Below, piece by piece: positions 43,364 to 53,756 of a stretch of 64,000 nt of DNA. A model generated the notes under the pieces. It saw only the letters and a program-made list of their open reading frames with translations. It did no database searches and had not been told where the DNA came from. Numbering within the stretch: the first letter of the stretch is position 1; each line of letters begins with the position of its first letter. Both the position numbers and the translations under genes were made by a program. The DNA is from Prochlorococcus sp. AG-679-M23 (GTDB lineage Bacteria > Cyanobacteriota > Cyanobacteriia > PCC-6307 > Cyanobiaceae): assembly GCA_003208875.1 (NCBI GenBank), contig QCUR01000005.1:1-64000 (forward strand), written 5' to 3'.

Positions 43364-43605
43364 ATATAGTTTACGGCAACTAGCCCTCTTTATTTTTATA
43401 GCGATAGATTTTTAATGTGGCAACTCAGGTCTAGGATAACAATCCTAAGATCATCTTAAAAATGTTTCTATCTCGTTCTATTGCAATCAGTGAGTTCTTT
43501 TTAATCCTCAATCCGTACAATTTAGTTCCTCTTACCGCACACATAAAACTCAAGTTAAACTAACCAAATTGTTTAGAACTTAAATATTAATACAAAGTAA
43601 GTACA

Positions 43606-43791
43606 ATGAAATTAAAATCAACATTAAGTATTCAAGACAAGAATTTTAGAGATCTTGATAATTCGGTTGAATATTTAACTCTCGCTGACCTAATGAAAGA
43701 GCAAGGAGTATCAACAGATTTAGCTGATTATTGGGATAAGGAATGTGAATTGAATCCATCCGATCCTCATTGCTTAGAATATGACGATTAG
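43606..43791 (+). CDS. CP12 C-terminal-domain protein
   Basis: C-terminus YWDKECELNPSDPHCLEYDD (C-x8-C-xxYDD). Confidence 0.75.
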   Translation: MKLKSTLSIQDKNFRDLDNSVEYLTLADLMKEQGVSTDLADYWDKECELNPSDPHCLEYDD

Positions 43792-43908
43792 CTCAACAAG
43801 GATCTATCACTAAACTCATTTCATATCAATCTATTTAGTATTTTCTACTTATTGAAACTAATAAATTTTCTAACTAGACTTTTAAAAACTATAAATTTGG
43901 GGAAATTT

Positions 43909-44052
43909 ATGAGTGGAGATTATGAGACATTAGAAATCAATCAACCTAAGATTTCTTATTTAAAAAAAAGATCAGAAGACAATACTTTATGGCTAGATGA
44001 AATGATTGATAAGATTGAAGATATGAAGAACAACATATTTGATGCTGCTTAG
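43909..44052 (+). CDS. 47-aa hypothetical microprotein (MSGDYETLEINQPKISY...)
   Basis: ATG at 43909 with GGGGA upstream, within the ORF-track frame. Confidence 0.55.
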   Translation: MSGDYETLEINQPKISYLKKRSEDNTLWLDEMIDKIEDMKNNIFDAA

Positions 44053-44166
44053 TATATGAAAATAAAGGTTAATCCCTTTTCATATTTTTTATTTTTCTTC
44101 AAATGAATGTAAGAAAAAATCTAAGATAAAAACTTTTAATATCAAAAAATTCAAAAAAAAAAAAAA

Positions 44167-44240
44167 TGTCAATGGGCGGATTTGAACCGCCGACCGCGAC
44201 GATATGAATGTCGTGCTCTAACCAACTGAGCTACATTGAC
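44167..44240 (-). tRNA. tRNA-Met (CAT), probably elongator
   Basis: GTCAATGTAGCTCAGTTGGTTAGAGCACGACATTCATATCGTCG...GGTTCAAATCCGCCCATTGACA; paired 1:72. Confidence 0.92.
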
Positions 44241-44755
44241 GTGTTTTATATCTTACTATTTTATTGCATTATTGAGCAATTATTTAATTAATTTCGAATG
44301 AATCAAAATGTATATTTTTCAATTATTTTTTTATCCATCTTTATTATTTCTTTAAATATACATCCATATTATTTCTAATATTATTCGTTGCTTTTACATT
44401 TTTAGATGTTTAGATTCTTTGTCTGAGGCTTATCCTATAGCCCATTTATAACATAAATAAAATACTGTTATCTGGGTAGCATCTTCGTATTCCCTCAGTT
44501 TATCTCAGGTTCAGAAGCAATCTAATCTTGAATATGTCTCTATTCCTTTGATTTAATAATCCACCAATTGTTGTCTTATTTCCGCAAATTCCTAAATAAG
44601 TATTTCTGTCATAAATATTCCATTGAATTGTATTATTTAATTTGCACATTATTGTTGGCTTAGATTTCTCAGGTAATAATTTATGATAATGTTGAAATTT
44701 TATTAATAAATGATATTTGTCTATCCAACCTGAAAAGTTCAATCATGAGTTTACC

Positions 44756-45238
44756 TTAATTAGCAATTTTAGAATTTATCTGTTTATAAGCTTCATATAT
44801 AGCTATTCCACATGCTACTGATAAATTTAAACTCCTTACACCTTTGGGATCATTGTTCGATAACTCTACCTTGGGCATAAATATTGATATTAATGAATTA
44901 CTAGCACTAATAATATTATTAGGTAATCCAGTATCTTCCCTACCAAATAATAATATATCGTCTTCTTGAAATCTAAAGTCTTTCAAGTAAACCCCATTTT
45001 TTTTGCTAAAGGCAATAATTCTGTTATTTTTTTTTGAATTTTTAAAGTTGTTAAAGTTAGGATAATTTTTTAATTTCACTAACGGCCAATAATCTAGACC
45101 AGCTCTTTTTAAATATTTATCTTCTAATTTAAAACCTAAAGGCTCGATTAAATTTAATGTAATATCAAAAGCAGCACAAGTTCTGGCTATACTCCCTGTA
45201 TTTTGAGGAATCCTTGGTTCAAAAAGTGAAATTTCCAC
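44756..45238 (-). CDS. trmL: tRNA (cytidine/uridine-2'-O)-methyltransferase, SPOUT family
   Basis: PRIPQNTG, LKRAGLDYW, FGREDTGL, RSLNLS. Confidence 0.93.
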   Translation of the reverse strand: MEISLFEPRIPQNTGSIARTCAAFDITLNLIEPLGFKLEDKYLKRAGLDYWPLVKLKNYPNFNNFKNSKKNNRIIAFSKKNGVYLKDFRFQEDDILLFGREDTGLPNNIISASNSLISIFMPKVELSNNDPKGVRSLNLSVACGIAIYEAYKQINSKIAN

Positions 45239-45240
45239 TT

Positions 45241-45789
45241 CTAAATAGGTATTTCAATACTTATGTTATCAAGTTTTATAGCTCTACCATTCAAAGTAAG
45301 CCAATTCTCTAGAGAAATCTTAGTAATTCTTTTTTGAAGATCTCCAAGTCTCTCTATATATTTATTACCAATTTCATATTCTGAGACTAGACTCCAACCT
45401 ACCTGCTCTCCAACAATTAATGTTGTTTTAACCCTCATTACTAAAAGATCTAAAAGTGAATTAATCATTTTTTCCCAATCCTCATCATTTTTATTGATGC
45501 TCTCCATAATAAAACCGCCAATAGAATCAATCAGTATTGGACCGTTCTCATTTTTTAATGTATGAATTAGGTTATTGGTCTCAACTAATCCCCACTCCTT
45601 TGGCCTTCGTTTACGATGCTGAATAATTTTTTTTTGCCAATTAATATCATCCGGATTTGAATCAGATAATGCTATGTATGTTATTTTTCTAATTTTTTTA
45701 CCTAAATATTCTGCAAATTCACTCTTCCCACTCTTTGTACCACCTGTTATAAATATGATATTAGATGAACTATTATCCTTGACTTCCAT
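45241..45789 (-). CDS. cobU: Adenosylcobinamide kinase / guanylyltransferase
   Basis: TGGTKSGKSEFAE, HRKRRP..W, EQVGW. Confidence 0.92.
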   Translation of the reverse strand: MEVKDNSSSNIIFITGGTKSGKSEFAEYLGKKIRKITYIALSDSNPDDINWQKKIIQHRKRRPKEWGLVETNNLIHTLKNENGPILIDSIGGFIMESINKNDEDWEKMINSLLDLLVMRVKTTLIVGEQVGWSLVSEYEIGNKYIERLGDLQKRITKISLENWLTLNGRAIKLDNISIEIPI

Positions 45790-45798
45790 ATATTAATG

Positions 45799-46113
45799 TT
45801 ATTTAGAGAAATACCACCATGTTGCAAGTGGTATTAATGTAGCCGCTACTAATAAGCCAACAACGATATAGATTGATGTTGATGAACTCTCGGCGTCCAC
45901 ATCCCTCATAGCATTAAAATTTGGATCTACCACTGGGTTATCAATAGAAGATGGTTGACTTTTTTCGTAATTAATAATTGTTTTTTGCTGATTAACCATA
46001 AACAGATCACCAATGTTATTAAAACTTTCTGCATAAGCACTTATTGGTAGTGCAATGAAAAGAAAACCTAACATCACAATTGAAAAAAAAGGTTTATAAA
46101 TAATGTTTTTCAT
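45799..46113 (-). CDS. Hypothetical protein with signal peptide and C-terminal TM anchor
   Basis: AYA|ES cleavage-like site; IYIVVGLLVAATLIPLATWWYFSK tail. Confidence 0.75.
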   Translation of the reverse strand: MKNIIYKPFFSIVMLGFLFIALPISAYAESFNNIGDLFMVNQQKTIINYEKSQPSSIDNPVVDPNFNAMRDVDAESSSTSIYIVVGLLVAATLIPLATWWYFSK

Positions 46114-46224
46114 TTTAGTTTTAAATCAACTATATAATAATAAACTATAAGCCTAAATTTCTTTGATGTAAAAATCAAATATAATTATTGGAAGTAATTT
46201 TTAAATTTACTATATTATATTTTT

Positions 46225-46851
46225 ATGTATTTTAATGGTAAAACGTTAATTATTATTGGTTCTATTCTTTTTTTCTTTCAATTAGGGAATTTTTTTTCAA
46301 TAGAGTCAATTTCCCCGGCATTAGAAAGAGCACAAGTATTATCAGCTATATCATCTGTAATTATTGTATTAATAGGTTTTTTATTTAAGCAATTTAATCC
46401 AAACTTAGGAGATAAAGTTGAATTAAAAGGTGAAAATAAATTTATATTCGAGCCTGATATACCTGGAGATATTTTAGATGAATTAGCATGGGGCACAGAA
46501 GCAATATTAACTTCAACCGCTGCGGCTACTGTATTAATTCATAATGATGGTAAAAACATCTTAAAAAGAGGTATCACAACAAATAGTGTTTTTAAACCTG
46601 GGGAAACTTGTAAAAGATCTTTAAAAGATATGAAATTAATTTCATTAGCAAACACTAAATTTTATCCAGGAAGAGATGAATTTTTCAGTTTTTGCCCAAA
46701 CGTACCTTCCATATTAATTATTCCAATAGATAGTAAATCTTTCATTTTAATAGGGGGATGGAGTTATAGATGTTTTACAAAGTCAGATGAAAAATGGATT
46801 AATAATTGGTCTAAAAAAGTAAATAATATATTTATAAAAAATAGTTTTTAA
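46225..46851 (+). CDS. Cofactor assembly of complex C subunit B (CCB2/CCB4 family)
   Basis: ELAW, L..T...T, YPGR.EF, R.FT..DE.WI motifs. Confidence 0.8.
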   Translation: MYFNGKTLIIIGSILFFFQLGNFFSIESISPALERAQVLSAISSVIIVLIGFLFKQFNPNLGDKVELKGENKFIFEPDIPGDILDELAWGTEAILTSTAAATVLIHNDGKNILKRGITTNSVFKPGETCKRSLKDMKLISLANTKFYPGRDEFFSFCPNVPSILIIPIDSKSFILIGGWSYRCFTKSDEKWINNWSKKVNNIFIKNSF

Positions 46852-47474
46852 AAATATATTTTAGAACGAACTCTTGCTTCTTTTGATTTGAAATTTACAG
46901 ATTTATTATCAATATTATAGTAAGCATTTTCAGAGTTGATTTCATATCCACTATCTTTCATATTGTCCTTAAATTTATATTTTACAGGATTAAAAAATTC
47001 AATAATATTTGTACTTTTTTTTAAAATTGCTTTATTTGAGCTTAATGTTACAAGACTATTTTCAAATTTAACATTTCCTAATATTAAATACTCAGAATTT
47101 TGAATATTCCAGATGAAACTATTAGCTGTTAATTTATCACCTTGTTGAATAATAGTTTTGACTGATACATTACCATCTAATTCTAATAATTTATTATTAT
47201 TAGATAATTTTGAATTGTCTGAATTTATTATATATTCAAGATTATTATCTTTGAATAAATTTATTGTTGTTTCTTTAAGATCAAATGTATTTTTCTCTTT
47301 ATCGTAGTTTGAATAGGGACTTTTAATTGAAATCAATTTTTCTCCCTCTTTAGAAAATATATTCATATTCAAACTATTAATACTTTGACTTATATATTTC
47401 TCATCTATTTCCTTGTTCTTACATCCAATAATTATTAGTGGTAATAGCAGTAAAAGTTTATACAATCTATTCAT
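46848..47474 (-). CDS. LptC-like lipoprotein
   Basis: Lipobox IIGC, beta-jellyroll-like repeats (LELDGNV, ILGNVKF). Confidence 0.7.
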   Translation of the reverse strand: MNRLYKLLLLLPLIIIGCKNKEIDEKYISQSINSLNMNIFSKEGEKLISIKSPYSNYDKEKNTFDLKETTINLFKDNNLEYIINSDNSKLSNNNKLLELDGNVSVKTIIQQGDKLTANSFIWNIQNSEYLILGNVKFENSLVTLSSNKAILKKSTNIIEFFNPVKYKFKDNMKDSGYEINSENAYYNIDNKSVNFKSKEARVRSKIYF

Positions 47475-49002
47475 ATTCGAGCTTTTCTATTACTGGATTT
47501 GGTGCTGGTAAAATTGATTCGTGTATTAATTTACCCCAATCTAATTGCTTTTTCCAAGATTCTTTTTCGTTATATAATAAACCTAGTTGTTGATCAATTT
47601 TTGAAGATAAATTAGGTAATATAGGTAATAATAACAACCCAACTATTCTAGTACTTTCTAAAACATTATAAATAATATTACTTACAAAAGGTATATTTTT
47701 TTCATCTTTAATTAATGTCCAAGGTTGTTTTTCATTAAGATATAAATTTGTATTAATTGCAAGACTAAGAATTACATTAGCTGCTAAATCTAATTCATAG
47801 GAATTAAAATGTCTAAAATAATTCTCAACTGTCTTTTTTGCATATAATTCCAGAGTATTATCTTTACTTAACATCTCATTACTTGGAACTCTATTATCAA
47901 ACCATTTTCTAGACATAGAAGAGGTTCTATTTAATAAATTTCCAATTGTATTTGCCAAATCGTTGTTAATGATATCTACAAATCTTTTATTTTGAAAATC
48001 ACCATCTTGCCCCAATGTAATATCTTTTAGTAGATACCACCTAACAGCTTCTTTACCGTATTTTGATAATAAAATATCTGGATCTAATACATTTCCTAAG
48101 CTTTTACCCATTTTTTGTCCTTCTCTAGTAAGAAAACCATGTCCATAAACTTTTTTAGGCACTTTCATTCCGGCGGAAATTAGCATTGCAGGCCAATAGA
48201 CTGCATGAAACCTGAGAATATCTTTACCTATTAAATGAATATCAGCAGGCCAACCATTATCAATTGATTCATCTAATGAGGGTTTATTCATATCAAGGCT
48301 TATCGCACTAACATAACCAAGCAAAGCATCAAACCACACGTAAAAAGTATGGTTATCAATATCTGGGACTGATATACCCCAAGATACATTTGTTCTTGAT
48401 ATTGAGAAATCTTTTAAACCTTTAGATACAAAATTGATAATTTCATTTCTTCTTTCTTTTGGATGGATAAATGTAGGCTCATTAATAAGATCCTCTATTT
48501 GTGATTGGTATTTTGACAACTTAAAAAAAAGATTTTCCTCATTTTTCCATTCCAAAGTTTTTTGATGAATAGGACATTTATGTGTTGGTGAATTATCTGG
48601 ATTATCTTTAAATTCTTCACAACCAACGCAATACCAACCCTTTTGGACTCCCATGTAAATATCATCTGATTTTTTTACTCTGTTATAAAATTCTTTAACT
48701 ATATATTCATGTTTTTGGGAACTTGTTCTTACAAATTTATTATGTGTTATTTCCCAATCCTTCCAGTTTTGCTTAAAGATATCTGAAATTTCATCGCAAT
48801 GAAATTGAGGTTCAACTCCCTTATTTTTTGCTGTTCTTTGAATCTTTAGACCGTGTTCATCTACTCCAGTAATAAATATCACATCTTCTCCTGTGAGCCT
48901 CTTATACCTTGCTATTGAATCACAAATCAACGTAGTATAAATACTACCCAAATGAGGTTTATCGTTTACATAATATAACGGTGTAGTAATTACAAAACTC
49001 AT
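47467..49002 (-). CDS. metG: Methionyl-tRNA synthetase
   Basis: TTPLYYVN..PHLG, YVWFDAL, GKDILRFH, KMGKS. Confidence 0.98.
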   Translation of the reverse strand: MSFVITTPLYYVNDKPHLGSIYTTLICDSIARYKRLTGEDVIFITGVDEHGLKIQRTAKNKGVEPQFHCDEISDIFKQNWKDWEITHNKFVRTSSQKHEYIVKEFYNRVKKSDDIYMGVQKGWYCVGCEEFKDNPDNSPTHKCPIHQKTLEWKNEENLFFKLSKYQSQIEDLINEPTFIHPKERRNEIINFVSKGLKDFSISRTNVSWGISVPDIDNHTFYVWFDALLGYVSAISLDMNKPSLDESIDNGWPADIHLIGKDILRFHAVYWPAMLISAGMKVPKKVYGHGFLTREGQKMGKSLGNVLDPDILLSKYGKEAVRWYLLKDITLGQDGDFQNKRFVDIINNDLANTIGNLLNRTSSMSRKWFDNRVPSNEMLSKDNTLELYAKKTVENYFRHFNSYELDLAANVILSLAINTNLYLNEKQPWTLIKDEKNIPFVSNIIYNVLESTRIVGLLLLPILPNLSSKIDQQLGLLYNEKESWKKQLDWGKLIHESILPAPNPVIEKLEYE

Positions 49003-49063
49003 AATATTTTTTTACTTATAATAACAATTATAAATTGTACAATAGGTCAGCAAGATTTTTTAA

Positions 49064-50248
49064 TTAGTGAATAAACTCTAATAAATTATTATTACTTATA
49101 TTATATTTAACTTTATAAATTTTATTAGTATATGTTTCTACAGAAATAAAGAGTACAATTAATAGTTCCAATGAATATTCTGGAAAGTATACTAAAGCAA
49201 TACCTTTTTTATTATTTATCCATTTTATAAATATTATTTTATGAGATGTTTTTATTTCATTCTTAAAGAATATATTTAAATATTTTAATTTATCATTTTT
49301 ATAAATATTATTATTTTCTAATTGTTTAATCTTTGTGATATCTATTAATTCATTAATCTTATTCTGACTTAATCTCTCAATATTATTTATACTATTAAAA
49401 ACTTGTCTTTGAACAATTAAATCCAAATATCTTCTTAGTGGTGAAGTACATTGAGTATACTTAAGGAGACCTAACGATTCATGTTTATTTGCCTTAGTAG
49501 TAATATAACTTTTACCCATATATTGCTTTAATATTGAATATTTTATATCACTATCTTTGTATCTTTCTAATATCTCGTTTGCATCACAATTAATTTTATG
49601 TGTTCTGTAGGGAGTAGCTATATTATTTTCAAATAAATATAAACTAGTGACATAACCCATTAGTATCATTGATTCAGAAACTATTGAATGCGAAATATAT
49701 TTTTGTATATTATTAATTTCAACATTACCATTTTTAATATTAATTTTATAACCTGGAGTATCAAAAATAATTGCTCCTTGTTTTTTTCGATAATTAATAC
49801 TTTTAAGTAATAAATTCTTAATTTCAACTATCTCAAATTCTTCTTTAGGTTCTAATTCAATAATTTCTTCTGCATCTTCATATAATAATTGATATTTTGG
49901 TTTTATTTTTGCCTCTACTATTTCATATTTATTTATTGAACCATCATCATTAAAGATAATTGAGGCACTTATTGTATCTGAAACTTTATTTTGATTTAAA
50001 TTTGCTTTTTCTATAATCTCAGCTGGCAGCATAGGAATATATTGATTAATTAAGTAGAGGCTGCTACTTTTACTTCTTGCATCAATATCAATTTTTGAAT
50101 CTTGTAAAAATAATTTGCATGGATTGCTTATATGTATCCATAATTTTTTTTTGTTTCCTTCAATTAATTCCAAGGAAAAAGCATCATCAACTTCTTTTGG
50201 ATCTTTAGAATCGATTATAAAAGTTTTTAAATTAGTTAAATCTCTCAA
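49064..50248 (-). CDS. Short RNB-domain exoribonuclease (RNase II family)
   Basis: IDSKDPKEVDDAFS catalytic motif, YTQCTSPLRRYLDL. Confidence 0.88.
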   Translation of the reverse strand: MRDLTNLKTFIIDSKDPKEVDDAFSLELIEGNKKKLWIHISNPCKLFLQDSKIDIDARSKSSSLYLINQYIPMLPAEIIEKANLNQNKVSDTISASIIFNDDGSINKYEIVEAKIKPKYQLLYEDAEEIIELEPKEEFEIVEIKNLLLKSINYRKKQGAIIFDTPGYKINIKNGNVEINNIQKYISHSIVSESMILMGYVTSLYLFENNIATPYRTHKINCDANEILERYKDSDIKYSILKQYMGKSYITTKANKHESLGLLKYTQCTSPLRRYLDLIVQRQVFNSINNIERLSQNKINELIDITKIKQLENNNIYKNDKLKYLNIFFKNEIKTSHKIIFIKWINNKKGIALVYFPEYSLELLIVLFISVETYTNKIYKVKYNISNNNLLEFIH

Positions 50249-50287
50249 ATATTTAAAATATTATTCAAATAACTATTATTTATAAAA

Positions 50288-50509
50288 TTATCCTTCAGGG
50301 TTAACAAATGGCAATAAAGCAACGATTCTTGCTCTTTTTACTGCCAATGTTAAATCTCTTTGTTGTTTGGAGGTCAATCCAGTCATTCTTCTTGGTAATA
50401 TTTTTCCTCTTTCAGTTATGAATTTTTTAAGAAGCTCAACGTCTTTATAATCGATTGGGTCACCAGGTTTAATTGGGGATAGTTGTTTTTTAAAAATAGA
50501 ATTTGGCAT
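50288..50509 (-). CDS. rpsR: 30S ribosomal protein S18
   Basis: [23 protein letters not shown]. Confidence 0.98.
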   Translation of the reverse strand: MPNSIFKKQLSPIKPGDPIDYKDVELLKKFITERGKILPRRMTGLTSKQQRDLTLAVKRARIVALLPFVNPEG

Positions 50510-50517
50510 TTTTTTTC

Positions 50518-50712
50518 TTATTTAATTTCTTTGTGAATTGTCATTTTGTTTAGATGTGGATTGAATTTTTTAAGTTCTAATCTTTCAGTAGTATTCCTTT
50601 TGTTTTTTTCAGTTGTATATCTGGAAACACCATTAGATCTTCTTGGTTCTGAACTTGTTCTAGCTTCAGTACATTCTAAGGTTACGACAACTCTTGTACC
50701 TTTTTTGGCCAT
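50518..50712 (-). CDS. rpmG: 50S ribosomal protein L33
   Basis: [16 protein letters not shown]...[20 protein letters not shown]. Confidence 0.97.
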   Translation of the reverse strand: MAKKGTRVVVTLECTEARTSSEPRRSNGVSRYTTEKNKRNTTERLELKKFNPHLNKMTIHKEIK

Positions 50713-50813
50713 TTTGATTAATACGTTGTTGTATAATTTTCTATTGTACAACTTCAAGAAACTATTTTGCATATATTTGCTTTTCTTTTAGTATCATTAG
50801 ACAAAAATAATTA

Positions 50814-53279
50814 ATGAAGGTCTCTCAGAATTGGTTGAAATCCCTTGTAGAAATAAATACTACAGCAGACGATTTATCTGAAAAACTATCAATAGGTGGT
50901 TTCGAAGTTGAGTCACTTGTTGATTGTTCAGAAAATGTAAAAGGTATAGTTCTTGGAAAGGTTTTGTCGGTAGTCAAGCATGAGAATTCAGATAAGTTAT
51001 CTATATGCATTGTTGACATTGGAAGGTCTAATACTTTACAGATAGTTTGTGGAGCAAAAAATGTAAAGCAAAATATATATGTTTATGTAGCTACTGTTGG
51101 TACGCATTTAAGTGCTATAAATTTAACTATTAAAAAAAGTGAAATAAGAGGTGTTTCTAGTGAAGGAATGATTTGTTCGCTTGAAGAATTAGGAATAGAA
51201 GATACAAGTGAAGGAATCGCCATTATTGATGAGGATTTAGCCTTAAATCATAAATTAGGGACATCAGGAGCTGAAATACTTAATCTAAACGACTATATCT
51301 ACGATTTAGCAATTACTGCAAATAGACCTGATGGTATGTCTGTTGTTGGCATCGCAAGAGAAATATCTGCTCTTTTGGAAACTAAGTTAAACTTTCCAGA
51401 TTTAAAAACTAAGTATAAAACAAATGTTTATAGAGATTTTAATCTTTGCCCTGAGGCAATCACAAAAAATTGTCTTTATTCCATTAGCAATATTGAGTCC
51501 GTCAATGGGAAGCAATTATCTCCGGGATGGCTCAAAGATCGTTTATATAAATCAGGAATTAAATCTATCAATCTTTTGGTAGACATAACTAACTACATTC
51601 TTTTAGAACAAGGACAACCATTACATGCTTTTGATAAAGACAAATTATCTAAATTAATCGGCCGAAAGGTTTCATATAACGATTTCTCGGTTAGAAAGGC
51701 ATATAATAATGAAAATCTTTTGTGTCTGAATGGTGAGAATTATAAATTAAATGAAAATATAACTATCATCGCTTGTGACAACAAACCAGTCGCTATAGCG
51801 GGTGTAATTGGTGGTTTGGAAACAGCTGTAAATGAGGACACTTCTTCAATATATCTTGAAGGAGCAGTTTTTAATCCTGTCACGATAAGAAAGTCATCAA
51901 AAGAAATTGGAATTAGAACGGAATCTAGTAGTAGATATGAAAAAGGAATTTCTTATAAAAATACATTAGATTCAGTATCCCGTGCTATTAACATTTTAGA
52001 AGAATACTTTAATATTTTAAATCCAATAATCAATACTTCTAAAGAATTGGATTCCACAAAAATACTAATACCGTTGAGAAGAGAGAGAATTAATAAAATA
52101 CTTGGTCCAATTGTAATTAGAAATGAGAATTTCGATACTAATAGTAAATTAGAAAAAAGGTATTTATCAGATAATGAAATTTCGGAAAAATTAAAGCTAA
52201 TAGGTTGTACCTTAAACATAAAAGAATATGGATGGGATGTAGAAATTATTCCCAACAGGTCTCAAGATTTATTACGAGAAATTGATTTAATAGAGGAAAT
52301 TGCAAGATTAATTGGTTATGACATGTTTGATTTGAATTTACCAAATCCGATAAAACCAGGAAAGCTTTCTTCATCTCAAATAGCATTAAGGAAGTTAAAA
52401 ACGGGATTAATAGTAAGTGGATTTAACGAAGTATTGTCTTATTCTCTTGTTCCAGAAAGTAAGAATAATTTAATCAAGATTTCAAATCCTTTACTCTTGG
52501 AAACAAGTTGTTTAAGAGATAATATTTGGCAAGAACATATTAAAATATGTAATCAAAATATTAAGTCAGGACATGATTATTGTTGGATATTTGAAGTTGG
52601 AAATATTTTCAGTAAAAAACCTGATTTTTCACAAGAAGAAATCCTAAATGGAGCTCTCTATGGAAAAAATAAATTTGAACAATGGTTAGATTCAAATAAA
52701 GATAGTAATTTGACCTATTACGAGGCAAGAGGAAAGTTAAAGGAAGCATTATCAATATTAAATTTAAAAATAGAAGATAGATCAACAGATACGATAGATT
52801 TTCTTCATCCAGGCAGATCCTCTAAATTATTTACCGAAGGTAACGAAGTCGGATATTTTGGTGAGATTCATCCAAATTTAATATCTAACAAAATAGCATT
52901 AAAAAAACTGTATTTATTTAGTTTAAACATAAATAATATCTTAAAAGCCAGCACTAGACAAAATAAATGGATAACAGTTTATAAACAATTCCCAACAGTT
53001 CCCAAAATGGAACGTGATATTAATTTTATATTCAATAAAAAATACTTAGTAAGTGAGATAATTTCACAAATAAAAAAATCTGGTAAAAAATTATTAGAAG
53101 ATGTTAATTTAATAGATGTTTATGATGATGATAGTTTTGGTAAAGAATTAATAAGCTACACATTTAGATTATCTTATAGAGATTCTGAAAAAACATTATT
53201 AGATTCTGACATTGCATTTCTTCACGATAGTATTGTTGAAAATATTGAAAAAAAATTCTCCACTAAATTAAGAGATTAA
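50814..53279 (+). CDS. pheT: Phenylalanyl-tRNA synthetase beta subunit
   Basis: tRNA-binding OB fold, TANRPD, REIDLIEEIAR, FDX-ACB C-terminus. Confidence 0.98.
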   Translation: MKVSQNWLKSLVEINTTADDLSEKLSIGGFEVESLVDCSENVKGIVLGKVLSVVKHENSDKLSICIVDIGRSNTLQIVCGAKNVKQNIYVYVATVGTHLSAINLTIKKSEIRGVSSEGMICSLEELGIEDTSEGIAIIDEDLALNHKLGTSGAEILNLNDYIYDLAITANRPDGMSVVGIAREISALLETKLNFPDLKTKYKTNVYRDFNLCPEAITKNCLYSISNIESVNGKQLSPGWLKDRLYKSGIKSINLLVDITNYILLEQGQPLHAFDKDKLSKLIGRKVSYNDFSVRKAYNNENLLCLNGENYKLNENITIIACDNKPVAIAGVIGGLETAVNEDTSSIYLEGAVFNPVTIRKSSKEIGIRTESSSRYEKGISYKNTLDSVSRAINILEEYFNILNPIINTSKELDSTKILIPLRRERINKILGPIVIRNENFDTNSKLEKRYLSDNEISEKLKLIGCTLNIKEYGWDVEIIPNRSQDLLREIDLIEEIARLIGYDMFDLNLPNPIKPGKLSSSQIALRKLKTGLIVSGFNEVLSYSLVPESKNNLIKISNPLLLETSCLRDNIWQEHIKICNQNIKSGHDYCWIFEVGNIFSKKPDFSQEEILNGALYGKNKFEQWLDSNKDSNLTYYEARGKLKEALSILNLKIEDRSTDTIDFLHPGRSSKLFTEGNEVGYFGEIHPNLISNKIALKKLYLFSLNINNILKASTRQNKWITVYKQFPTVPKMERDINFIFNKKYLVSEIISQIKKSGKKLLEDVNLIDVYDDDSFGKELISYTFRLSYRDSEKTLLDSDIAFLHDSIVENIEKKFSTKLRD

Positions 53280-53290
53280 TTGTATCACTA

Positions 53291-53339
53291 TTCTCATCCT
53301 AGACTTATTAATTGTCTGTAATTAAGTCTTATATGAGAC
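53291..53339 (-). repeat. 49-bp tripartite repeat unit A (inverted relative to B and D)
   Basis: Reverse complement GTCTCATATAAGAC-TTAATTACAGACAATTAATAA-GTCTAGGATGAGAA. Confidence 0.85.
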
Positions 53340-53384
53340 GGTTAGTATTCGTGTAAATCTAAATCATCATATATAATATTAACT

Positions 53385-53633
53385 ATGATTAATATCCTCT
53401 CATTATTAATATCTTCCGTCCTTTGGGTGCAAGTTCCTCAATGGTCTGATGATTGGTCTAAATGCGCTGTAGATGTACCAGATTCATCATGCCATTGGTA
53501 CATTACAGCACCTGATAATACTTTTGGAGATGGATTTGATTGGGCAAGCGCACCGTGGTTTGATGCAAATGGCTTGAGTGATGTTCCAAGCATTGAGAGA
53601 GAAACAGCCCTCCAAAAGCTTCAGACTCAGTAG
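53385..53633 (+). CDS. Small, probably exported Trp/Asp/Cys-rich protein
   Basis: Hydrophobic N-terminus, VPQWSDDWSKCAVDVPDSSCHWY. Confidence 0.8.
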   Translation: MINILSLLISSVLWVQVPQWSDDWSKCAVDVPDSSCHWYITAPDNTFGDGFDWASAPWFDANGLSDVPSIERETALQKLQTQ

Positions 53634-53756
53634 TACTGTCTTAAAGGCAGCTCTACATCATTAAAACTCTTGTTATATTAGTGTTTTTAGCTCAATAATT
53701 GAAGATTGGACAAACAAAGGACAATAATTTATAAAATTAAACTTTATATATTGATT

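Noticed and set aside
44153..44166. A14 homopolymer as a phase-variation tract
   Set aside because: Non-coding T-run immediately 3' of tRNA-Met, consistent with termination or AT-rich background
38200..44240. Intact prophage or integrative element at tRNA-Thr/tRNA-Met
   Set aside because: No integrase or structural genes, and no duplicated tRNA 3' end (att) spotted by eye
53355..53384. Possible dif site (…TAATATTAACT)
   Set aside because: Only a partial match to a XerD arm with no XerC arm; better explained as the promoter of the 53385 gene
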